From a virus (taxonomy: Duplodnaviria > Caudoviricetes): 64,000 nucleotides of DNA. The position numbers and the translations under genes are program-made. The stretch lies in IMG/VR virus record IMGVR_UViG_3300031851_000017, positions 2,054 through 66,053 of that record; one strand, written 5' to 3'. Of the stretch, positions 39,501-46,351 are shown piece by piece. The notes beneath the pieces are model-generated. The model searched no databases, had not been told where the DNA came from, and saw only the letters and a program-made list of their open reading frames with translations. How positions within the stretch are numbered: the stretch's first letter is position 1; every line of letters begins with the position of its first letter.

Positions 39501-40111
39501 TTTAAATAATTAGTTTTTATTTTTTCTCTCATATCTTCTATTTCTTTATTAGTAATTTTAGGTTTATCATAAGTTTCTTCTAATAATTGGTTTCGTCTTT
39601 TTTCATTGAGAAAATGTTTAGTTAGAAAGTTTATTTTTTTAGCCCTATTTAATAAATTAACGCTAAAAATATATTTATCATCAGTTCTAGTTAATTTTTT
39701 CTTTTTTTGTTCTTTAGAGGTATCATATATTGTTACATAACCTTTATCTGCTAATTTTTCTATCAACGAGTGTAATTTTACCTTTCCTATTTTTTCCATT
39801 ATTAATTTTATCAATTTCTTTAATTCTTTTGATTTGAGTCTTCTTACATTAGCATCTTTATCTTTAAAATCATCCTCATCTGCTTCCCTAATATCCCTAA
39901 CAGAAAGGTTTGCCTTTTTCATTTTTTCATTGGGATTTTCTACTGACTTAAAAAAGATAGAAGCAGCAAATTTTTCAAAAAATTGTTCTATTCTTTTATT
40001 AGAGTGAGAAAATTCTTTATCATTAAATAATTCAATATTTTCTTCGGTTAATAAGAACTCGGTTAGTTGGTATCTATCTATACTACTATTAATCCATACA
40101 CCCTTTTTCAT
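36515..40111 (-). CDS. Large K/E/D-rich hypothetical protein (1198 aa), possible internal virion protein
   Basis: Long ORF with GGTGG RBS; no motif recognised. Confidence 0.75.
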   Translation of the reverse strand: MKKGVWINSSIDRYQLTEFLLTEENIELFNDKEFSHSNKRIEQFFEKFAASIFFKSVENPNEKMKKANLSVRDIREADEDDFKDKDANVRRLKSKELKKLIKLIMEKIGKVKLHSLIEKLADKGYVTIYDTSKEQKKKKLTRTDDKYIFSVNLLNRAKKINFLTKHFLNEKRRNQLLEETYDKPKITNKEIEDMREKIKTNYLKNKKIKNLKEHRNGLSKEKRMNFDAEFEEAIEQGLEDKLALLEEVDDESNYSVIDSFDKSKVIYIPEILKEKGIITVKLETSKSESGKETKSSLNIIIDTNKYFQKVFDKAGLDKNILDEKSKYNLSTRDDEDLKTKIDLYEKWINTTSQSNEKTKYLTTLLDGEENEKKKFAKAKEIFETSDAKTKWILMLLSDLSEGGSAFVERISEPKDSEGNEQKFAISVLKEILDIIDNVYKEKTKDTDQDEEEDIEKQLLKSVLKTITFLKREPNWKNKNKNFSNKKFTPKDTDFSGFKDFFEPSFTNGILVLERIFSDEKTTRTMLERHFKGQSKDPNNPFLDQKDNRNPIETPVVEMYNVFSSLKPETGGNYMGLSEQQAYDTVKQFYNEITDEARATKLIEKIIASDTRISSTAMYDIGAAIKAVLTPQKGEVMMGKYTFKLKFADGKAKEALQSKENFNEFLNYNKKYGTQLADEDTGTRPKGTSSDSRLLYNTPDTFHKDVDRIHNLIVDDIMPFQQKLHTLLQKDSYNFTKGSPRKLEKVTNKGNWDDAAFYLTTSIFNTSGKGENSGNPETRIRWAIDATYNDFKKINDLMNRLKIETKDGKTITSQNIKKLTNSGKQEDVDNLFRLYGKYLVGLSNLRVGFDSDEMDGMLTEEVTEEVTESAKEIFDKFKESEAYKWFTSEDNKKILLSYGSLQKEEREKREWVDQEETVETDIFPTWFEDGYQGYYKSILRGNFAYDNVDIITLNNIIEEITQTYEDQKGNVSKSEILRKKQLNKITKMFSLTIEEIEEVDEINSLFFWLSKTDREQLVSLFGNFLITLKEQTDEKGTKTKRVDKLDFKSFKNLLNLGSLLRENRAGQNSYNMFNITKTLQQLFVEEILPNKRKIPKLEIKNKDSKLMTTLPRGMLAGLGQLKYIPFVSFDSKTSESLKSLNPSSAMSGSKTDEPIRGFSASTRLGSSIPSKVGSKETSMNDNARILAAQYKYKQLMGLN

Positions 40112-40124
40112 TCATTATACCACC

Positions 40125-40838
40125 TTAAGCAAGCCATTTAGCCCATGCAACTGCTTTACCCAATCCTTGTGCTAGACCTAGACCACTTTGAGGTGGAGTA
40201 TATGTTGGTTGACCTGTTTGTGGGTCAATCCAATAAGGATTATTCATGTTGTCATAACCACTAGGAGGAATAGGATAACCGCTACCGTTGTTCATAGCCA
40301 TTTGTTGTTGGTTTAGAGTATTGTTAAAATTAGTACTCATGTTTCCTCCTTGTATTTGACTTGGATTTAACCCTTGATGATTCATACCCATTTGAGGATT
40401 CATACCCATGTTGGTAGAAGGAGCAGGTGCAGATGGAGAACTAAACCCTTGTGCTTCGAGATACTGTTGTTTAGCCATTCTTCTTTGCATAACAACTTCA
40501 CTATTAATTGCAGTAGCCAATAAATTCTGTATATCTAAATCAATATTTTCTTGAGTTATAGCAGTAAAATCACTAAGAGCATCGGGTGTTATAGATAAAT
40601 TGCCACTAGAACTTTGACTAAACTCTAACTTTACTAACATTTGACTAACACTTCTTGTAACAGTGTCTTCAATAAGTTTTTCTAAAGCCCCTAAGAATGC
40701 CTCTCCGTGATATTGAAAAAAATCTTCTACATGGTTTTCCTGTAAAGTTAGAAGATTGTTCATTGCTTTGAATTGGGTTTGTTGTTGTGCGCCAATTTGG
40801 GTTGCTAACGCACCATTACTAGTTCCGAATAATCCCAT
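40125..40838 (-). CDS. Helical protein with Q/N/M/P-rich low-complexity tail and amphipathic C-terminus
   Basis: MGMNPQMGMNHQGLNP, GYPIPPSGY, ends GLGLAQGLGKAVAWAKWLA. Confidence 0.75.
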   Translation of the reverse strand: MGLFGTSNGALATQIGAQQQTQFKAMNNLLTLQENHVEDFFQYHGEAFLGALEKLIEDTVTRSVSQMLVKLEFSQSSSGNLSITPDALSDFTAITQENIDLDIQNLLATAINSEVVMQRRMAKQQYLEAQGFSSPSAPAPSTNMGMNPQMGMNHQGLNPSQIQGGNMSTNFNNTLNQQQMAMNNGSGYPIPPSGYDNMNNPYWIDPQTGQPTYTPPQSGLGLAQGLGKAVAWAKWLA

Positions 40839-40841
40839 TAA

Positions 40842-41531
40842 TCACTCCCCCCCTGTTTCAACATTGACAACGTTAACGCCTTCGGTTAATAGAGTTTTGA
40901 CTCTTTCATTAATATTGTTAGTTTCTATAATTAATCTAAATAATTCTTCTTCTTTATTTTCAGCACCGTTGTTTGGAGGTCGGATAGTCCAACCCATAGC
41001 AGAAAGAGATTGCATATCGGCTTGTTTTAATGTTGTCATTGGACTTGATGTTACTAAATTAACAGGGTTCAAACTTTTAGCAGATGGGATGTATGCACTA
41101 AAAGAAAGTCCGTGTTCTTCTGCTAGTATTTGTTGTTCTAACATTTCATATTGTCTATGAATTGCTGCGTGTTTTTCACAATATGTTCCTCTCATTGGAT
41201 AACCTTTTCTTACTTTATGTAAAGGTAAAGGTGGTCTTCTAGCATCACCTGCTTCCCAAACTTTTTGTGAACCGCAAACCACACATCTATCCTTTAAATT
41301 ATATTTGAATCGGTATGGTATTTTCAAAAATTTCTTTTTTTCGGGCTTTAATACTTTGATTATTTCTTTCAATTGTTTTTTAGGTTTTAGGTTTTTATAC
41401 TCATAATGTATAATTGAACCTGCTGCTCTCGCGGCAGAAAATCTATCTAAAAATGGGTTAGTTCCCACATGGGCTGATTGTGCGCCAATAAGATTTGTTG
41501 GGTTGTAGTTCATTGTCATGTGGTAATTCAC
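40842..41531 (-). CDS. Zn-finger protein (CxxC...CxxH)
   Basis: RCVVCGS and YCEKH motifs; downstream of the GTPase. Confidence 0.7.
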   Translation of the reverse strand: MNYHMTMNYNPTNLIGAQSAHVGTNPFLDRFSAARAAGSIIHYEYKNLKPKKQLKEIIKVLKPEKKKFLKIPYRFKYNLKDRCVVCGSQKVWEAGDARRPPLPLHKVRKGYPMRGTYCEKHAAIHRQYEMLEQQILAEEHGLSFSAYIPSAKSLNPVNLVTSSPMTTLKQADMQSLSAMGWTIRPPNNGAENKEEELFRLIIETNNINERVKTLLTEGVNVVNVETGGE

Positions 41532-41533
41532 CC

Positions 41534-42202
41534 TTAGTAGTCCTTTATCATTGTTAGGATTCCTCTATATACCATCTCTGAATCAGATTTGGCACTTACT
41601 ATATATTTGTAGCATGGTATTCCTTTATCATTTAACTTCTGCATTCCATTTCTAAAGGATTCAAATATTGGGTGTTTTTCTATTGTCTCATAATCATATT
41701 TGTCTTTCCACAAATCATGTTTATTAGCCCAAAGACCAACTGCTACTGGGTAATCATGTAACTTTTTCTTTTTCTTCTTTCCTCCAATGTTCCAATAAGG
41801 ATTACAAATAGTATCTACTAAAAAAGTCCAACATAACTGTTGTTCTATATCGTAGTGCTTATCCATATGTCTATCATCTAACATGAATATAATATATTTA
41901 ACTTTTCTAGTTCTCATATCTTCTATCCATTCTTGCCAAAAAACAGTTTCTCCTCCTACATCTGCCGTCTTAACTGTGTGTGCATCACCATCTAATTTTA
42001 CATATTTTCTTGATGCTCTATGTAGTCCTACTGTTCTATCTGTAATAGAAGGGACTTCACCTCTTGTTCTTAGTTGATGATGTAGTGTAGTTTTACCTGC
42101 CTTACTTGCTCCATATACACCGAATGGTATTGAATGCAATCTTTGATAAACTTTATTCAATCCTTCAACTAATAGAATAGCGAAGCCCGCCATTACTGAC
42201 AT
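41534..42202 (-). CDS. Arf/Sar-like small GTPase
   Basis: G1 GASKAGKT, G2 RTVG, G3 DVGGE, G4 NKHD, G5 SAK; N-terminal hydrophobic/amphipathic helix. Confidence 0.9.
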   Translation of the reverse strand: MSVMAGFAILLVEGLNKVYQRLHSIPFGVYGASKAGKTTLHHQLRTRGEVPSITDRTVGLHRASRKYVKLDGDAHTVKTADVGGETVFWQEWIEDMRTRKVKYIIFMLDDRHMDKHYDIEQQLCWTFLVDTICNPYWNIGGKKKKKKLHDYPVAVGLWANKHDLWKDKYDYETIEKHPIFESFRNGMQKLNDKGIPCYKYIVSAKSDSEMVYRGILTMIKDY

Positions 42203-42208
42203 TATATA

Positions 42209-42433
42209 TCACCATAAATGATGCCATAAATTAATTATCCCATTCCATGTAGAAGTAAATAAATTATATCCGAATAAAGATATTGAGTGTCCTATTAAAA
42301 AACTAACCCCACAAGAAATAGCGCCCCAAAGAAAAAATCTTGCTCTTAAAAACCAAATATCAGCAGAATGCGCTCTTTGTAAATCATAGGCTAATGTGGA
42401 TTCATCGAACCCCATTAGGATTTCTCCTACCAT
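42209..42433 (-). CDS. Small membrane protein (1 TM plus amphipathic tail)
   Basis: FFLWGAISCGVSFLIG...TWNGIINLWHHLW; GGTGA RBS. Confidence 0.75.
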   Translation of the reverse strand: MVGEILMGFDESTLAYDLQRAHSADIWFLRARFFLWGAISCGVSFLIGHSISLFGYNLFTSTWNGIINLWHHLW

Positions 42434-42441
42434 GTAATCAC

Positions 42442-42867
42442 CTACTCATTGAAGCCTGTTAAAAATGTTGGGCTAATTGTATTACCATCAAATTGTTGTG
42501 TTTGTTGAGTCATTGTGGGTAAATTAGCATCTCCATAAAAAGGCTGTCCGAATGATTGGTTGAAACTTCTAAGTGATTCTCTAACCCTTTTACGATTTTC
42601 TTCATCTCTCGCTTTTCTATTCCAATAAGCATCTATTTTTCTTTGTAATAAAAAATCTTCAATAATATCATTTAACATTAAATCAAATAATGCCTTTAAT
42701 AACATAATTCCTCCTACTGTACATATTCCAAATAGCACTGCATGGGATAATCCGGTGTAGGGGAAGTCAACACCATATATAGTGTAAAAATAAATGTTAG
42801 TACCACTAATTGCACCAACGAAAAGTATAGTCATTACTAATCTTGTATCTGTATCAATACTAGGCAC
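42442..42867 (-). CDS. Two-TM membrane protein with cytoplasmic coiled tail
   Basis: LVMTILFVGAISG and AVLFGICTVGGIMLL hydrophobic segments followed by a charged helix. Confidence 0.75.
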   Translation of the reverse strand: MPSIDTDTRLVMTILFVGAISGTNIYFYTIYGVDFPYTGLSHAVLFGICTVGGIMLLKALFDLMLNDIIEDFLLQRKIDAYWNRKARDEENRKRVRESLRSFNQSFGQPFYGDANLPTMTQQTQQFDGNTISPTFLTGFNE

Positions 42868-42871
42868 AATA

Positions 42872-43147
42872 TCAACTCCACGAACAGGAGTATGAACCCC
42901 CCGAACCTGTTAGAATTGCAGTTATTCCTGTACCCATTGACCTATTGTGCATATCAAATTCTATTGTGCTATTAGCAGTTAGAATTAGTCTAGCAACTTC
43001 ATCTGCTGAACCAACAGTTGTACTGTTATGGTCGTATATTTTTAATGTGGCAGTTCCGGTAGAACAAAAATGAATGCTTGTTAATTTGCACCTACCATCA
43101 TTCACTACTGCACTTGCAGTTTTTACAGGACTACCTGCGGAAACCAT
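42872..43147 (-). CDS. Small beta-rich protein, possible capsid decoration/fibre
   Basis: 91 aa, S/T/G-rich, second gene after the MCP. Confidence 0.5.
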   Translation of the reverse strand: MVSAGSPVKTASAVVNDGRCKLTSIHFCSTGTATLKIYDHNSTTVGSADEVARLILTANSTIEFDMHNRSMGTGITAILTGSGGSYSCSWS

Positions 43148-43608
43148 TACTTCACTTCCTTTTTAGTAGTAGTTTTCTTTTTAGTAGTAGTTTTCTTTTT
43201 TGGTGCTGTCTTTTTAGGAACTGCTTTTTCTTCCTTAACAACAGTTTCTTTTTTTGGTGATATTGTTTCAGTAACAGTTTCAACTACATTTTCAACTACT
43301 GCTTCAACCTTTTTAGTTACAGGAGTTTTTACCTTCTTAGGATATAGTATATCAAGAATATTTCCTTCAACACCTAAGTGCCTACGGATTGCCTTTACTC
43401 TATTTTCCGGTAAGTTTGCAATATCCTTTTTATCATCTTCTGTAAAGTCTATTTCTATTGCTTCATCACCTAAATATAATGCTGCAATTCTTGCAGGTAC
43501 TTCACAAGGAGCATTTGCATTAATGGAATACAGTGTTTCCCCTGCCCCTCTTATTACTAGTTCGCCATTTCTATGTGTTTTCAATTTTACTAAAGCCATA
43601 ATTATCAA
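43147..43608 (-). CDS. Hypothetical protein with K/T/P-rich histone-H1-like tail
   Basis: Ends KKTAPKKKTTTKKKTTTKKEVK; first gene after the MCP. Confidence 0.7.
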   Translation of the reverse strand: MIIMALVKLKTHRNGELVIRGAGETLYSINANAPCEVPARIAALYLGDEAIEIDFTEDDKKDIANLPENRVKAIRRHLGVEGNILDILYPKKVKTPVTKKVEAVVENVVETVTETISPKKETVVKEEKAVPKKTAPKKKTTTKKKTTTKKEVK

Positions 43609-43622
43609 CCTTTTTTTATAGG

Positions 43623-43664
43623 GTAGTAATCCCTACCCCGATACTTCGGAGTAGAGACTACTAC
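43623..43664 (-). promoter_or_regulatory. 19-bp RNA stem-loop just 3' of the major capsid gene
   Basis: Arms 43623-43641 and 43646-43664; the three DNA mismatches all become G-U pairs on the minus (mRNA) strand. Confidence 0.7.
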
Positions 43665-43692
43665 TTTACGTTTTCACTTACTATCGAATACC

Positions 43693-45096
43693 TTAAGCAC
43701 TCTTTAGGTTTGTAATTTTACCTTGTCCCTTGAAGAAAGAACAGCAAGTTTCTCCCATAGTACGGTACATTCCTTGATTTCCAAGTTTACCAACACCGAA
43801 TGGGTTTCCACTAGTAATACCATCTTCGAAGTATTGTGTAGGTTTCATTACAGATAGCCACAAGTGGTCAGTATCTAGAACTAATATATCACTAATTCTG
43901 TTAGATGTGGACTTACCTGTTGACGGCATATCTTTAGCAGGGATGATTGGTATGTCATAGTATGTTGCAACTCTGAAACCAACTTCTTGACCCTTGACAC
44001 CACGAACACCATTATGGGAAGGAACGATTTCTTTCCTATCCATAAATCTCTCTTGTGATTGTAGTAAATCAGAGATTTTCTGAATGGTATCGTATCCTGT
44101 AATCATAACTTTAGGGTTTCCACCGTTAGTACGGATTCTTCTAATCATATCATTAAGAATACTTAGTGTTAGAACCCTACATTCACCTGATGTATAACCT
44201 GCACCGAAATCAACTTCTGCATCTAGGAAAGAAGGAACACCTGTGTAGGTATAATTTCCACTTCCACCGGATGTGTTAACAGTAACAGTTCTAGTTGAAC
44301 CAAAGATAGTAGTAGCATCAGCAAGTTGTGCTGCTGTACCGTTATTTGTTTGGTTGTGATAGAATACGTCATCGTCAGCCATAGTTGCAAGTTCAACCGC
44401 AGATGAAACTATCTTCATTAAAGAAGTATAGTTCTTCTCAATACCTGTTGTACCGTTCTCTGAGTATTTCTCAAGAGGCATAACTAACATTTTACTCTGA
44501 ACTTCTGCGTGTAGTTTACCCATGTCTTCTCTAACGATAGCACGAATATCACCAACACCATCATCAATTGCAGCCATTTCCATTCCTAGTTCTGAGAACT
44601 CGAATAGATGTGCAATAGTCTTAGGGCTAACATATAGTTTAGTATATTCAGGAGCAATTGCTCTGAAACCATCTGCACCACCTAATGTTGCGTTTTCTCC
44701 AACACCACCAATTTGGTCTGCTCTAGGAGTTGCTGCATCTGCTGATGAAATACTAGCGGTAACTGCATTAGTACCTGTACCGAATGCTGCATCACTACCA
44801 CCAATAGGTCGTGATTTCAGAACTCTCCATCCACTAGATGTGTATGGTCTCTTAGCAAGCATTGCTAGAGGGTTTACTTCTTGGTTTAATACAGACCAAA
44901 CTTTCTGTCCGTATAGTAGGTTGTACAAATCACCTAGACCTGCTGCACCCGTAAATGCATTAGCACTAGTATCGTGAGGAGTACCGAAACCACCTACAAC
45001 TCCACCTGCTTTAAGCAAGGCATTGCCGCTTCCTGTTCCGCCGTATCCGTATGTTGCTGCTTCTAAATCTTTCATTGTTTTAATATATCCACTCAT
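43693..45096 (-). CDS. Major capsid protein (HK97 fold)
   Basis: Follows the protease/scaffold; YGQKVWSVLNQE, SGWRV, SPKTIAH, TYYDIPIIP, GMYRTMGE. Confidence 0.88.
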   Translation of the reverse strand: MSGYIKTMKDLEAATYGYGGTGSGNALLKAGGVVGGFGTPHDTSANAFTGAAGLGDLYNLLYGQKVWSVLNQEVNPLAMLAKRPYTSSGWRVLKSRPIGGSDAAFGTGTNAVTASISSADAATPRADQIGGVGENATLGGADGFRAIAPEYTKLYVSPKTIAHLFEFSELGMEMAAIDDGVGDIRAIVREDMGKLHAEVQSKMLVMPLEKYSENGTTGIEKNYTSLMKIVSSAVELATMADDDVFYHNQTNNGTAAQLADATTIFGSTRTVTVNTSGGSGNYTYTGVPSFLDAEVDFGAGYTSGECRVLTLSILNDMIRRIRTNGGNPKVMITGYDTIQKISDLLQSQERFMDRKEIVPSHNGVRGVKGQEVGFRVATYYDIPIIPAKDMPSTGKSTSNRISDILVLDTDHLWLSVMKPTQYFEDGITSGNPFGVGKLGNQGMYRTMGETCCSFFKGQGKITNLKSA

Positions 45097-45108
45097 AATT
45101 TCACTTCC

Positions 45109-46305
45109 TTAATTTCCCCTCACAAGAGAATGTACGTCATCCCAAGTCATATTGGCTGCTGCCTCTAAACTTGTAGGTATTCCTTCCGGTAATGCCATTG
45201 ACATTTCCACACTTTTGCGAATTGTTGCGTCTTTCTCTGATAGAGATTTTCGTAGTAGAGCAAATTCTTTCTTTAGTGCTGCTACATCTGTTCTAGCATC
45301 GTATGATGCGGATTGTGCTGCTGATTTCTTAACTGCAAGTTCTTCTGAAAGTCTTGCTCCAAATTGCTTAGAAAGATTATCGTATGCAATTTTTTCCATC
45401 TGCTCTGCTTTGAATTGTGCATATGCTTTCTCAACATTATCTGCACTTAGGTTAAGAGTACTAAAGTCAGCAGCATCTAAGCCTTCACTCTTTAGTTCAG
45501 TAGGTGGAGTTGTAGGATTACCGTTATCTACAACCAATGTCCCTGCTTCTGATGTTGTATTATCAATATCAAGAGCCTTCATTTCTTCTTCCTCTTCTTC
45601 TTCTTCTTCAGCCTTCATTTCTTCTTCCTCTTCTTCTTCCTCTTCCATAGTAGCCATACTATATTGGGCGGTCTTCGTTACTTCGTCATATTTTTCTTCC
45701 TCTCCGAGTCCGTTAACTTGTTTCATCAAGTCATTCAACTCTTCGAGTGCTTTTTCCAATTTTTCACTCATTGTTTTATCCTCCATTTTTAAAATGTCGA
45801 ATTTTGCTTCGGGATTAATACCCTTTTCACAGATAGTTACTTCATGTAACTCTAATCTGTCTATCTCATTATATTCACCAAACTCATCTGAGGTTCTTTG
45901 TTTCTTAGAAATCGCCTGACCTCCAATACTAAAAGAACGAAGAGTTCCTTTTCTAATACTTCTTGAAATTTCTTTTGCCTTTTCTATGTCATCTCTTAAT
46001 TTAATAACAACATAAAACCCTACATCATCTACACCAGTTTTATGTAAAGTACCATTCATATCTCTATACTTCTCAATAACTTCTCCAACTTGTACATTAG
46101 AATGATTAGACATAACATTTCTATATTTCTTTTCAGACATATATTTTTCAACTGCTTCATCTAATGCCTTTAATGTAATTAAATCATTTTGCTTATCTAC
46201 AATTTCTATTGAAGCATAGCCACCAATAATTAAATCATCAGACTTAAGAATAGTAAACTCATGCTCTTTATCCGCTTTGAATAAAAGAGATGGCTGCATA
46301 AGCAT
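45109..46305 (-). CDS. Prohead protease fused to acidic scaffold domain
   Basis: IIGGYAS...DKQND, catalytic His (MSNH), SFSIGG, EVTICEKGINPEA; C-terminal coiled E-rich region. Confidence 0.92.
   Translation of the reverse strand: MLMQPSLLFKADKEHEFTILKSDDLIIGGYASIEIVDKQNDLITLKALDEAVEKYMSEKKYRNVMSNHSNVQVGEVIEKYRDMNGTLHKTGVDDVGFYVVIKLRDDIEKAKEISRSIRKGTLRSFSIGGQAISKKQRTSDEFGEYNEIDRLELHEVTICEKGINPEAKFDILKMEDKTMSEKLEKALEELNDLMKQVNGLGEEEKYDEVTKTAQYSMATMEEEEEEEEEMKAEEEEEEEEEMKALDIDNTTSEAGTLVVDNGNPTTPPTELKSEGLDAADFSTLNLSADNVEKAYAQFKAEQMEKIAYDNLSKQFGARLSEELAVKKSAAQSASYDARTDVAALKKEFALLRKSLSEKDATIRKSVEMSMALPEGIPTSLEAAANMTWDDVHSLVRGN
45574..45646 (-). repeat. 36-nt tandem repeat encoding (E9-MKA)x2 in the scaffold
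   Basis: agccttcatttcttcttcctcttcttc occurs at 45574 and 45610. Confidence 0.85.
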
Positions 46306-46351
46306 TATTTTTTTGTCTTTTTACTTTTACTATATTAAGTAATCGCTATTT
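46306..46351 (-). promoter_or_regulatory. Putative archaeal TATA-box promoter for the protease-capsid operon
   Basis: Minus-strand TTAATATA (46331-46338) 26-33 nt upstream of the ATG; no SD, consistent with a leaderless mRNA. Confidence 0.5.

Noticed and set aside
41534-42867. Membrane genes as a classical holin-endolysin cassette
   Set aside because: No endolysin or pseudomurein-endopeptidase motif nearby; a holin-like role for the 2-TM protein cannot be excluded but is unsupported.
45152-45919. 255-aa + strand ORF with poly-Ser
   Set aside because: Antisense of the poly-Glu scaffold region.
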